64,000 bases of DNA, from NCBI RefSeq assembly GCF_018977255.1, contig NW_024704743.1, positions 11,658,001 to 11,722,000 on the forward strand, read 5' to 3'. Positions 12,212-25,270 of this stretch are shown here, piece by piece; position 1 is the stretch's first letter, and each line of letters begins with the position of its first letter. A program made the translations under genes and the position numbers. This stretch comes from Callorhinchus milii (lineage: Eukaryota). The notes beneath the pieces were generated by a model. It did not search any database and was not told where the DNA came from. It saw only the letters and a program-made list of their open reading frames with translations.

Positions 12212-15200
12212 CATAGAATCATAGAATTACACAGCACAGAAGGAGGCCATTCGGCGCACCGTGTCTATGCCGGCTCTTTCAAAAGAGCTATCCAATTCAA
12301 TCCGACTCCCCCACTCTCTCCCCACAGCCCTGCAAACTTATCCTCCCCAAATAATTATCTACTTCTCTTTTAAAAGTTGTTATCGAATCGACTGCCACGT
12401 ACGTCCCTTTCAGGCAATGCCTTCCAGATCCGAACAACTCGCTGTGTGAAAAAATGTCGCCTCACCTCCCCTCTGTTTCTTTTAACAACTATTTTAAATC
12501 GGTGCCCTCGGGTTACCAACCCACCCGCCAGCAGAAATAGTTTCTCCTTGTTCACCCTTTCGATTTCCCCTTATAATTTTGAGAACTTCTATTAAGTCTC
12601 CTCTTAACGATTTCTGCTCCAAGGAGAATAATCCTAGCTTCTCTATCCTCTCCTGATAACCCTCATTCTTGGTACCATCCTGGTGAATCTCCTTTGCAGC
12701 CTCTCCCATATCCTGACATCCTTCTAAACGTGTGGTGCCCAGAACTGAACACAGTCTCTAGCTGAGGCCTAACCAGTGCTTTATAAAGGTTCATCATAAC
12801 TTCCTGACTTCCTGACTTTTGTATTCTATGCCCCTATTTATAAAGCTTAGTTTCCCATATGCTTTTTTAACAGCTTTATCTACCTGCACTGCTACCTTCG
12901 AAGATTTACTTATATGAACCCTCAGGTCTTTCTGTTCCTTCACCATCAGCTTATATCATCACCATCCACCATCCACCTCTCAAAGCCAGTCAGGAACCTC
13001 GGCGTTTTGTTCGACCCTGAGCTGTCCTTTCTCCCTCACATCCGCACCACAACTGGCACCGCCTTCCATCACCTCCGGAACATCGCCAGACTACGCCATT
13101 ACCTCACCCCTCACGCTGCTGAAACCGTGGCTCACGCCTTTGTCACCTCAAGGCTGGACTATGGGAACTCTCTCCTCGCCGGCCTTCCCGCCACCTCCCT
13201 CCACAAGCTGCAGGTCATTCAGAACTCTGCAGCTCGTGTACTGTCCCGCACCAGGCTTCACGATCACATCACTCCCACCCTCGCTCGCCTCCACTGGCTC
13301 CCCATCCCCCAGAGGATTGATTTCAAGATCCTCATCCTCACCTACAAGGCCATTCACGGCCTTGCTCCCTCCTACCTCTCCAACCTACTATCCCCCTACC
13401 TACCTGCCCGTACCCTCCGTTCCTCTGGCTCTGGTCTGCTCCACGTCCCCCGCCCCAACCGCCCTACCATCGGTGGTTGGGCGTTCAGCCTCTCAGCCCC
13501 CAGGCTCTGGAACTCCATCCCCCAGTGCCTTCGCCGCCTCCTCCCTTTCCTCCTTCAAGGCCGGTCTCAAAACCTTTCTCTTTGACCGTGTCTTCAGCTC
13601 CCCTCTCGACTCTCTTCCCCCTCCTCGCTCCCTCTCTTCCCTCCCCTCACCCTGATCATTTCCCCCCTCCTTGCTCCCTCCCTTCCCTCCCCTCACCCTG
13701 ACCATTTTCCCCCTCCTCGCTCCTTCCCTCCCCTCACCCTGACCATTTCCCCCCTGCTCGGGTCATGACCCAACTGTGCAGCGCCTTGGGACGTCCTCCT
13801 GACGTGAAAGGCGCTTTATAAATGGAATCTTGTTGTTGTTGTTGTTGTTGTATTGCCTCTCCTCATTCTTCCTCCCAAAAGGCATCACTTCGCATTTCTC
13901 CACATTAAACTTCATCTGCCACACATCTGCCTATTTTACCAGTCTGTCTATGTCTATTTGCAGTCTGCTACATTCCTCCTCACTGTTTACTACTTTTCCT
14001 AACTTAGTATCATCTGCAAACTTGGAAATTGTACTCCCTATACCCAAGTCCAGGTCATTTATATAGATCAAAAACAGCAGTGGTGTTTGGGAGACAACAC
14101 TGCACACTTTTCTTCAGTTAGAAAAACAACCATTCACCACCACTCTCTGCTTTCTGTCTCCCAGCCAGTTCTGTATCCATGCTTCCACTGTCCCTTTAAC
14201 ACCGTGGGCTTCTATTTTGCTTACAAGATTCTTAGGTGGCACTTTATTAAATGCCTTTTGAAAATCCATATAAACCATATCAACTACACGTCCTCCCGAC
14301 GTGAAAAGCGCTATATCAAATGCAAGGATTATTATTATTATTATTATTATTACCTTCATCCACCCTCTCTGTTACTTACTGACTGGCCTGCAGTTCCCGG
14401 GTTTATTCTTCTGCCCCTTTTTGTACAGGGGAGTAACATTTGCAACCCTCCAGTCCTCTGGCACCACCCCAGTGTCCAAGGAGTCTTGAAAGATTGTGAC
14501 CTAGCCTCCATTATTTCCAGCCTTAGTAACCTAGAATGCATCCCACCCAGACCATGTAACTTATCTACCTTGAGATAAGTATGTCGGGAGGGAGGGGAGC
14601 AAATCTCTAGGCTTTCTGCTATATATAATAATAATCCCTCCAAAAAACAAAACAATAATAAATTGGTCATTTTCAATCCACGACTGTTTGTGGGACACTG
14701 CTGTGCGCAATTGGCTGCCTCGTTTCACCCACAAGTATACAGTCAATTCACTTTACAACATATTCTGTGAAGTGCTTTGAGATGTCTAGAAGATGTGAAA
14801 AGCGCTATATCAAATGCAAGGGTTATTATTATTATTGAGCACTGACAATCTTTTTGGTACCTTCTCTCAGTTTATTCTTATCTTATCCAATTTCTCTACC
14901 CTCCCCTCTGATTCTGTGGCATTGGCTGCATCCTCTTTTTTTGTGACGACAGACGCAAAGTACTCATTCAGTACGTCAGCTTTGCCCTCTGCCTCCACAA
15001 GAAGATTTCCTCTTTGGTCCCTTTCTATATTCTATTTGATTATCTTCTGTATTTTGGACCTGACATTTATCATAAGTCTCCTTTTTCTGTTTTATTTTAA
15101 TCCCAATTTCTTTATTCATCAAGGGAGCTTTGGATGCACTACCTTTCCCCTTTGTAGGAATGTGTTTGTGCTGTCCCCGAACTGTCTCCTCCATGAAGGC

Positions 15201-15250
15201 TTTCCATTGCTTGTTGGCTGTTTTACCTGCCAATCTTTCTTTTCAGTCGA
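12212..15250 (-). mobile_element. Degenerate CR1 LINE carrying L2 and SINE insertions
   Basis: Tail CATAGAATCATAGAA at 12212; RT fragments such as VYMDFQKAF; interrupted at 12965-13850, ~14288-14350 and ~14620-14835. Confidence 0.88.
12965..13850 (+). mobile_element. 5'-truncated young L2 LINE
   Basis: [31 protein letters not shown]; near-identical to 55330-56639; (TTG)n tail. Confidence 0.93.
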
Positions 15251-16984
15251 CTTCTCTCCCCTCCTCCCTTCTCTCCCCTCCTCCCTTCTCTTTCCCCATC
15301 AGAGCCACATCAAGGGAACCACTAGGATGGTTGTGAAAATGTGGAATGCACTGCTCCAGAATCAATTGGGATGAGTAAAAGAAAAAGAATAGAGTTCTGG
15401 GTTCGATTCCCAGCAGGGCAAAATGTTGGGCAAGTTTCCTTGTTCCACACGCCTCTGTTTACCTAGCAGTAAGTAGGAACCTGGTTGTTGGTCGATTTTT
15501 GGATCACCTTCCAGGGGTAATAAGCCCTTCAAGAAAAAATAATAACTGGTCACTAAATTCACGACCTTTGCAAATGTAATTTGTTTTTGTCTCACCAGTA
15601 TGATAAGACACTATATCGATTGCAAGGATTATTGTTATTATTACTCCTTGCTTCACTGCAGCCTCAGTTTGCATTTGCAGAAAACAGGAAGTGATTGGTG
15701 AAGTGAGCTTGTTTAAGAGATATGAGCAAATGCAAGGAAATGGGATTCATTATCTTAAGAATGGGAGCTTGATGGACTGAATAGGCGCCTCTTATTCCTA
15801 ATAGAATCATTCAGAAAGATCTCCCGCTTCACCCGCCTCACCATTCGTAGGTGGGCCTTCAGCCACACTGCCCCCACCCTCTGGAACATCATCCAGTATT
15901 TCCCCTGCCTCGCCCCCTCCCTTGCATCCTTCAAGACCCATCTCAAGACTCTCCTCTTCAACCATGTCTTTTGATCACCCTCCTTCTCCCCCAACTCCAC
16001 CCGCCCCAATCCCGACCCCTAGGAAACACTGACTGTCTTCCCAACGTGGAAGGTGCTATACAAATGTAATTTTGTTATTGTTAGTGCTATAAAAGGAATG
16101 GAATAAGCACCTAAATAGTAAAAGCATTTAAGGAATTTGAAGATGGAGCTGGAAAGTGGGAGTACTGGCAGAGACATGATGGGTTAAGTGAGCCTCCTCA
16201 TGTTCTGTGTAACATTGGAGAAATAAATGTTATATGAAGGAGCCTCTTCACAGTTAAATGGAGAAAGCATATACAATGTGTGTTTGATGCCTTTGAATTG
16301 GTTTCATGATTAAAAACCTCTTGATTGGCACAGTCAGTGCTTTGCTAACCACAAGGTCCTGCTTGGGTGGCCTTTTTAACGAAGGTGGTTTACAAAAGGA
16401 GGCATAATTTACATTCCTACCCTCTTGATAAACAATGCTCGGGGAATAAAATCTGCCTCGTGATCTGGTACTTTAGGCATAGTTCTTAAGAACAAGTACT
16501 ATGAAAGAGCCACTTAAGTGACAAAGTGTTCTGGCAAAACGCTGTTTTTGGCCTCAAAATGGGAACGTAATGATGTAAATGGCCTAAGAACGCTATTAAA
16601 TCAACCGTTCGGTGACGCAGCTTGACATGCACCTAACTCTGACCCCTCCTCCCATTCCCAGGGGAGCACAAGGTATTTAAACGATTAAGGAAAGTTCAAC
16701 TTACACATACGCCGAGGCAGCAGGAAAGAGGGCACAGGTTCAGGATTGTGAAGGCGGGTTTAGGACAGTAAGTACTTCATCACATTAGAACATGGATGGA
16801 TCAGGTGTAGCAGGGAAAACCCAAGGGGAAGTAGGACTAGTCGGAGCAGAAGCAAGGGATTTGGGGAAGAATCTGAACATAGTTAAGAGGTGGGGGTCAG
16901 GGGTCAGGCCGGAACTCTGGAATTATTTAAGTAACAGCTCGATGTCGCAAATGGGCAAATGGTAGGATGATGATGCTTGTACAA

Positions 16985-17540
16985 ATCACTGGTTAGACCA
17001 TTGTGTCCAGTTCTGGGTACCCTACACTAGGAACGATCATAGAGAGGGTGCAGAGGAGATTTACTAGGATGATATCAGCGATTAGTGGTTAGAACTAGGA
17101 GCAGAGTCTGGAGGAAACGTGTCTATTTTCACTCCAACAGGGAAGGTTGAGATGAGACCTGATAGAGGATTTCAGAATGATGAGAGGTTCTGATAAATAT
17201 TGATCGGGAGAAATTATTTCAACTGGTCAATGATTAGAGGGTACAATTTTAAGATAATTAGCAAAGGGGAGCAAATTAGCTAATTAGCAAATATAGGAGA
17301 ATTTATTTTAAACAAGAGCTGTCTAGGAGGTGAAATGACCTGCTGGGAGTGGTGGACAAGGCAGGATCCATATTAGCTTTCAAGAGGGAACTAGATAGAT
17401 ATCTAAATAAAGAGTATTTATAGTAGTATAGGGGTGGAGGGATGTAGATAGATAAATAGCACTGAATAGATTGCTCTTTCAAAGAGTAAGCACAGACACG
17501 ATGGGCCAAATAGCCTTATGTGTTGTAAAGTTCTATGGTA
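16985..17540 (+). mobile_element. Old CR1 3' fragment
   Basis: GTCCAGTTCTGG..GAGAGGGTGCAGAGGAGATTTACTAGGATG through a CR1-type tail GCACAGACACGATGGGCCAAATAGCC. Confidence 0.8.
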
Positions 17541-18992
17541 CCCACACACGTGGGGGAAACACATCAAGAGCTTCCCAGCTGCACTCTATGATCTTTTCCA
17601 TTCTTTGCAGGCTATCTCATAGGGCACATTTCCTGTTACAAAGCCCAGCCAAGAGCGGGGATCTTAGCCCAGCCTGGCCTTGGGGGTTGGAATGTATCAG
17701 CCAACACAATTGCAGTGTAAAAGTGTCCAATTGGTGGGAACAGGGATCACCTGGTGAGAATTCAAGCTTACAGATGAGGTGAGTTCAGCTCTTTCCATAG
17801 TAGCCAAACCCTTGCTCCAGTGGATCCAATTCAAGATCCTCGTCTTCACGTTCAAATCCCTTAACTACTTCACCCCCACACCTCTGCAATCTCCTGCAAT
17901 CCTATCAACACACCCCTTCCCTCAACGAATGAACTTGTACTGTTGTGTGCAATTGGCTGCTGCATTTCCCCACAAAATAGTCATTTCACTTTACAGTATA
18001 TTCTGTGAAGTGCTTTGAGACTTCACAATGACATGATAAAGCGCTATATCAAATACAATAATTATTATCATATTCATGTCCTGATTTACCCAACTATCGG
18101 CAGCCTAGCCTTAACCCATCTTCTGTTGCTCTCTGGAAATCCATTCTGGAGACCCTCTGATTGCCTACCCCCCCTTACCACTTTTAAAGCCTGCCTCAGG
18201 ACTTTCACCATGCTTTCGGTCATCTTCCCCCAACCTCCCTTCCCCCACCCATCCTCTTTGGCATGGGTGCCCAGCCAGTTGTAGGATGCACGCTGAGGTG
18301 TGAAAGGCCTGAATGTAAGACTATTTCTCAGAGTCAGCCCAACTCCTGTTCGGCTCCACTCAGACTCAGTCCTTTCTACACATTCTGCCATGATTTTCCC
18401 CCTCCCCACCCATCTATCTCACCTCACTCTGCCTTGTTTCTCCCTCACAATTTACTTTGCCATGATTTCCCTTCTCTCTCCCCCACCCTCCCGGGTCTAC
18501 TCACTCCATCCTGATTTCTCTCCTATCTCCAGTAGATGTGCATGATCATTGGGTAAAGGCAAGCTGCCTCCTATTAATTGGGATGGACATCATAGTTAAA
18601 TAGCCCAGTGACGCAGCCAGAATCACATTCTGACGACTTTTGTCAATGGACCCAGGCAATTGAGCAACAGAGAGCTGCTGGCACAAGAGGAATCATCATC
18701 TCAGAGCCTGATTCACCATCTTCAGAGTAAGTGGGAGGAGAAACATCTGTAATTACTCTTTACCATCCTCTGGGTTATTTCAATATATTTGTTTGAACCG
18801 TGAATGATGGTGTTGCAAAAGAAACCATACTCTACCAAATTTACCATGCAAATGAAATAACAATCCCACTCTTTCCCCTCCACCCACCCCAGATGATGGT
18901 CATTCGCTTCATGGCTGTTTGTGGGAAATTTGCTATGTGCAATTTGGCTACCGTGGCCGCCTTGCAAAATACACAGCCACTGCACTTTATAG

Positions 18993-19030
18993 TAGGGTGA
19001 CCATATGTCCCTGATTTCCGGGGACAGGCC
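18993..19030. mobile_element. hAT (Blackjack/MER81-like) terminal remnant
   Basis: TAGGGTGACCATATGTCCCTGATTTCCGGGGACAG resembles recalled hAT-Blackjack termini; no partner end located. Confidence 0.4.
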
Positions 19031-20487
19031 CCAGATGAGATATTGTGTCTCTAGCCAAATATGCCCTGTCTTGAGTTGAGCAACAAACCAAGTAATAACA
19101 TTCCAAGCCAGATCACTTATCAGAGAAATACGGCAGTTAATCCCTTACTGCCAGCATCAGGAGTTGTGGTGAGTTCAATTTTTTTATATGAGCCCCAGAT
19201 TTGGTTTACAAAAGAAAAAAAATTTACTCAGTCAATCTGCGACTGTTTGTGGGACACTGCTGTGTGTGGTTGCTGCCACGTTTCACACACAGAATGCACA
19301 GTCTCAATTCACTTTGCAGCATATTTCGTGAAGTGCTTTGAGACTTCTCGAAGATGTGATACGGAGCTAAATCAAATGCAAGGTTATTATTAAAATAAGG
19401 TCACCTTCTTTACAGTAAATCCTGTGAAGTGCTTTGAGATGTGCTCCCGAAGTTAAACATGTCACATCAGAAGCAGGGATTATTCTAATTAGCTGACAGA
19501 CCGTGAGAAATGTTGCTGAGTTAGTTTAGTAACCATATCGCTCATTGATTTAAATTCAGCTTCCTCACCACAGTGAGTTCAATAACAACCCTGCAACAAT
19601 AGCCCCGACAATGCTTTTCAGCACTCACTGTTTGAAGAAAGGTATGACAGGATGAAAAATAGATTTTAATAGTTAATCATTGCTCTCCTAAACTGTTGGG
19701 AGAAGCCCTTCTTTAAAACGAGACAAGGTAAAAGCAGAGAGAGTTACGAAACTTCCATACATTTTCAGTAATACCGTTTGACTGAATGTAATTAGATTCC
19801 ACAAATAGTCATCTCTTTCAACGTTTGCCCATAAAATACATAGTCACTACACCTCACAGTAAAAACCCTGCCAAACGCTTTGAGATGACAATAATAATCC
19901 TTGCATTTGATATATTTGATATTGATTGTCATGTTGTCAAGTTATCTCAAAGCGCTTCACAGCATTTTACTGTGAATCACGGTGTATTTGCAGAGGAATT
20001 CGGAAGCCAATTTGCACATGGTAAATGGCCCAGACAAACAGCCATGAAGCGAGTGATGATATGTGAAAAGAAGCAAAAATATATATGATATATGAACCGC
20101 AAAGATAATGATTATTATTTGTGCAAAGGTTCTGTTCCTGTCCTTCAAATGCATTTTATGCCTGTTTGTTTGTGTCTGTCTGTGTGTTATGTGTGTGGGC
20201 AATTTTGAAGCAAAATTCAAACACTGAAATGAATGTGTTAAATTTTTTTGGCAGTTTGGCAATGATTCAGTGATGCCTTTCTAAACAAACATTAACAGTA
20301 CAAATAGAGCTCAACAGATTACTTCAGTACATTAGCTCCTGCACTGAGCGCCTGGGTGACTTAAGTAGCCGTGTACAGTATCACTATAACTGTGTTTTAA
20401 TAAGTAAGCTGTTTTTTACGCAAACACACCACTCGGCATCTAACTGGTCTGCCTGGAAGCGTGTTTGTTCACTTTAACCACACGAGG

Positions 20488-20719
20488 ATGTTCTTATCTA
20501 GCTGCTGCCTAAAGCTGAACTGCGTGGGGAAGCAGATGGTGCAGGCACGAGAGTATGTGACTCAGGCAATAAATAGGAAGAGTTATGCAGTAGAGAAGTT
20601 TCGGAAGAGAAGTTGCGCACATGAGATGTCTCTGCTCATGGACATAAATGTACTTCAGGAGCACTATGACTCCATTCGGAAGAGGCAGAGAGAACAGCAT
20701 TGCATTACTTTTAGATCAG
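20488..20719 (+). CDS. C9orf152: C9orf152-like uncharacterised protein, coding exon 1 (start codon uncertain)
   Basis: MDINVLQEHYDSIRKRQREQHCITF resembles recalled human SIQFLRAQYEGLKRQQRTQAHLLV; strong donor CAG|GTAAGT, phase 1. Confidence 0.78.
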
Positions 20720-20989
20720 GTAAGTTGACACTTCTGTAAATAAACTGAAAGCTGGTTACACTCACCGACGGGTTACATTAGATGCAGAGGTTTGTTTTTT
20801 GGCAACGGTTAGACTTTGGGTTTGCATGCACGGAAAAGGGTGTTTCTCTATGTAAAAAGAGATGTTATTTAATTTGCTTCTTTGTTATTTCTACTGTATG
20901 AAATTGGCTGTCGCATTTCACCCACAAAATATCCAGTCAATTCACTTTACAGGATATTGTGTGAAGCTCTTTGAAACGTCTCAATTGCA

Positions 20990-23380
20990 ATGAGTCCTGT
21001 AGCTCATTGGTTAGAGCACTCGCCTCGCAAGCGAGAGACGTGGGTTCAATTCACAGTAGGGCGAATTGTTGGGCAAGTTACCTTACTCCATACGCCTCTG
21101 TTTTCCTAGCAGTAAGTACAAACCCGGTTGTTAATCAATAGGTGGATCACATTTCCAGGGGGAATAATTGCTTCAAAAAAATAATACTAATAAATTTGTC
21201 ACTCAATTCATGACTGAGCGCCTGGGAACCCAGAGGATGGTGGTACAGGGAATATCATTAGACTGGGAAAATGTTACCAGTGGAGTCCCACAAGGGTCTG
21301 TTTTGGTACCTTTCTTGTTAACTATTTTTATAAATGATCTGGAACTAGGAGTCGCAAGCACAGTGGCTAAATTTGCAGATGACACCAAGCTAATGAAGGT
21401 GATAGATTGCAAAGCTGAACAAGATAGGTTACAGGACAATTTGAACATATTTATTTCCACTGGTGCATGTGTCGGTAACCAGAAGACACCGATTTAAAAT
21501 AGTTGTTAAAAGAAACAAAGGGGCGGTGAGGAGAAATTTTTTCACACAGCGATTTGTTGTCTGGACGAGAGACAACTTTCTTCAGCTCAATGCGCGTAAA
21601 ACTGAGGCCCTCCTGATTGGTTCGCGTTAGCGCCTCCGCACCTCAGGCGTTGACAGCATCAGCATCCAACGCTGCACTCTCCACCTCTCAAAGCCAATCA
21701 GGAACCTCGGGGTTCTGTTCGACCCTGAGCTGTCCTTTCTTCCTCATATCTGCGCCACAACTGGCACCGCCTTCCATCACCTCCGAAACATTGCCAGACT
21801 ACGGCACTATCTCACCCCTCACGCTGCTGAAACTCTGGTCCACGCCTTTATCACCTCAAGGCTGGACTATGGGAACTCTCTCCTCGTCGGCCTTCCCGGC
21901 ACCTCCCTCCACAAGCTGCAGGTCATTCAGAACTCTGCAGCTCGTGTACTGTCCCGCACCAGGCTTCGGGACCACATCACTCCCACCCTCGCTCGCCTCC
22001 ACTGGCTCCCCATCCCCCAGAGGATCGAATTCAAGATCCTCATCCTCACCTACAAGGCCATTCACGGCATTGCTCCCCCCTACCTCTCCGACCTACTATC
22101 CCCCTACCTACCCGCCCATACCCTCCGTTCCTCTGGCTCCGGTCTGCTTCACATCCCCCGCCCCAACCGCCCTCCCATCGGTGGCCGGGCCTTCAGCCTC
22201 TCAGCCCCTCGGCTCTGGAACTCTATCCCCCAGTGCCTTCGCCGCCTCCTCCCTTTCCTCCTTCAAGGCCGGTCTCAAGACCTTTCTCTTTGACCGTGCC
22301 TTCAGCTCCCCTCTCGACTCTCTACCCCCTCCTCGCTCCCTCCCTTCCCTCCCCTCACCCTGACCATTTCCCCCCTACTCGGGTCATGACCCAACTGTAC
22401 AGCTCCTTGGGACGTCCTCCCAACGTGAAAGGCGCTCTATAAATGGAATCTTGTTGTTGTTGTTGTTCGTATCTGGAATGCATTACCTGAAACGATAGTG
22501 GAAGCTGATTCAATAACAGCTTTTATGAGAGGAGTAGATAATTATTTGGGGAGAAAAGTTTGCAAGGGCTATGGGGTGAGAGCGGGGGAGTGGGATTGAA
22601 GCGATAGCTCTTTTCAAAGAGTTGGCACAGACATGATGGGTCAAATGGCCTCCTTCTGTACTGTATAATTCTATGATTCTATGACTTGGGAATTGGGCAG
22701 ATCGGTGGCAGATGAAATTCAATGTGGAGAAAAGTACTTCACATGGGGACAAAAAATCCAGGAAGGGACTATTATTTGAATGGAAGTAAAATAATATGTA
22801 CAGAAAATGAAAAGGACTTGGTGAGACCGTACTTAGGAGTACTGTGTACAGTTTTGGTCACTGCAATACAAAAAGGATATTGGAGAAATTGAGAGGATAT
22901 AGAGGAGGGCAACCAAAATGATTGAGGGAATGGAGTGACTGGACTATGAGGAGCAACTAAGCAAATTGGGCATGTTCACACTGGAAAAGAGAAGATTGAG
23001 AGGTGACATGATCGCTGTCTTTAAGATTCTAAAGGGGTTAGACATTGTAGATCATAACAGGCTGTTTGAAGTAGTCCAGAATAGTAAAACCAGAGGACCC
23101 AGCGTGCAATTGAAAGGGGGTAAATTCAGAACGGAGGTATGGAAACACTATTTCAGTGAGCGAATAGTGAACCTGTGGAACAGGCTCCCTCGGGAGATGG
23201 TTGAAGCATGAAATGTTGATCTTTTCAAACACGGATCAGATAGTTTTCTTTTAGGAAATAACATTATGGGATATATTACAAAGGTAGTTTGGGACATATG
23301 TGCATAAGACAGACAGTTAGGTGGAAGGCGAACTAGATGGACCACAGTCTTTTTTTAGTCTAGCATTTCTTATATTCTTA
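20990..23380 (+). mobile_element. Intronic cluster: CORE SINE, CR1 fragments and an inserted L2 (21560-22467)
   Basis: SINE head at ~20992; CR1 [16 protein letters not shown] and LEKRRLRGDMI; L2 3' portion with (TTG)n tail splitting a CR1 3' end. Confidence 0.85.
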
Positions 23381-23559
23381 TATAAGGGCATAGGTAATAA
23401 TCCTTGTATTTGATATCGTGCCTTATCATGTCTTCAAGACGTCTCAAAGCACTTCACAAAACATACTGTAAAGTGGAGTGTGTGTGTATCTTGTGGGCGA
23501 AACAAAATATAAATGTTGTATTTCATTTTTTAACTTATAAGCATAAACACATACCCTAC

Positions 23560-24815
23560 TATGACGTGGGACTCACCTGCCTGTCAACAAATGCACGAAA
23601 GTGGTGCATCCTTCAAAGATAAGAGCAATGTGTGTGTAAGGAGGTTGGGACAGAGTCAGATGCCCTCATTTCCAGAGGAGCAATGGCAAACTGCAAAACT
23701 TACTTCCGTGCTCCACACCTCCAACTGGTGGAACCAGTGCTCAATGGGCAGGGTCATGCATTCAAACTGCGGACAGGATGATAGTAGCAATGCCCTCACG
23801 CATTTCATGCTGAGCTGTATTGCCCACCAGAAAGCTCATGGGGAGTTCTTGGTACCTGCCTTCCACAGAGTGAGGGCTCAAACCTGCGCTTGTCGGATGT
23901 CAAATAACCAAGAGATTACTATCCTTCTTCATGTGAGGAAGCAAGTAGAGTCTCCTTGGAGCTGAACTGACTCTTAAGGTGACTCGCTTGACAACGGAAT
24001 GTCAAAATCAAGTCAATACTCTGATACTCTCGGTTGTCCGGTTCCTGAACCAGGTGGGTCCGACCACAGTGCTCTAGGGCACCACACAGCCAGGTTGGTT
24101 CATTGGTAGGACCTGGAAGGGCAGACCAGTCAATGGAGGCAGGGAATCCTCCTTAGCTCCTGTTAACCCTGCAAGCCAGAGCCCAAATCGGTAGGGTGGT
24201 TCTACCTGGACAAACAAATGGAAGCTTGCCAGACAGTGCTTTCAATGACAAACTAAGCTGATTTCCCTGGATAAACTCCAGCAGTTACCCAACATGCACT
24301 CTGTGCCTAATACTCTATGAGTTTAGGTAAGCGCGGTGCGTCCCTCCAAGGAGTGTGCGCATTCCACAAATGGGAATTTCCCATATAATAATAATAATAA
24401 TCCTTGCATTTGATATAGCGCTTTTCACGTCGGGGGGGACGTCCCAAAGCGCTTCACAGAACACACTGTAAAGTGAATTGACTGTATATTTGTGGGCGAA
24501 CACGGCAGCCAATTGCGCACAGCAATATCCCACAAACAGTCGTAGATTGAAAATGACCAATTTATTATTGTTTTTTTTGAGGGATTATTATTAGGTGTGT
24601 GGAGTAAGGAAACTTGCCCAAGGTTTCGCCCTCTGTCTGGAATTTAACTCAGGTCTCTCACTTGCAAAGCGAGTGCTCTAACCACTGAGCTACAGGACTC
24701 CACATTTAGGTGGACGTATATGGAACTCTCAGTCTGGTTGGATAGCTTTAACCACGGTGATGGGTTTCAGCCATCACCATCCACCATTGGGTGTCAGACA
24801 CCTAACTGGCCAAAA
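23560..24815 (+). mobile_element. Longest copy of the old poly(A)-tailed RTE-X-like LINE (decayed ORF end + long 3'UTR), interrupted by a SINE
   Basis: Decayed RGAMAN..NCGQ..LTHFMLSC..H CCHC-like region; downstream part homologous to the reverse complement of 47095-47470, 33455-33866 and 59365-63378; ends GTGTCAGACACC..GGCCAAAA. Confidence 0.6.
24383..24702 (-). mobile_element. Full-length tRNA-derived SINE, short subfamily
   Basis: Reverse complement of the 8174-8495 element. Confidence 0.9.
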
Positions 24816-24847
24816 CAATTTACATTAGTGATGTTGTCATAGCAATT

Positions 24848-25270
24848 GTGGCTCAGTCAGCAGCACTTTCGCGTCTGTCAGAAGTTATGGGTTCATGCCT
24901 CACTTTAGATCTTTGAACTCAGTCTTGGCTGACATTCTATTTGATGGTGCAGTGCTGGGAGTGTGTTACATTGTCAGAGGTGCTGTCCTTCAGATGAGAC
25001 GTTAAACCAAGGTCCTAACTACCTGTTCAGGTGGATGTGAAAAATCCCATGGCACTATTTGAAAAAGTGAAGACAGTTTCTCCCAGTGTCCTGGCCAACA
25101 ATCCCCCTGATAAAATTGATTATTCGCTTCATGGCCGTTTGTGGGTGCAATTTGGCTGCCGTGTTCACCTATAAAATACAGTCACTGCACTTTACAGTAA
25201 ATCTTGTGAAGTGCTTTGAGACATCTCAACAACCTGATAGGGCTCTGTGTCAAATATAAGGATTATTATT
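24848..25270 (+). mobile_element. DeuSINE (tRNA-like head, Deu domain, L2-type tail)
   Basis: GGTGCTGTCCTTCAGATGAGACGTTAAACCAAGGTCC..CAGGTGGATGTGAAAAATCCCATGGCACTATTTG..GTGTCCTGGCCAA. Further copies near 36250, 42705, 46160 and 46800. Confidence 0.8.
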
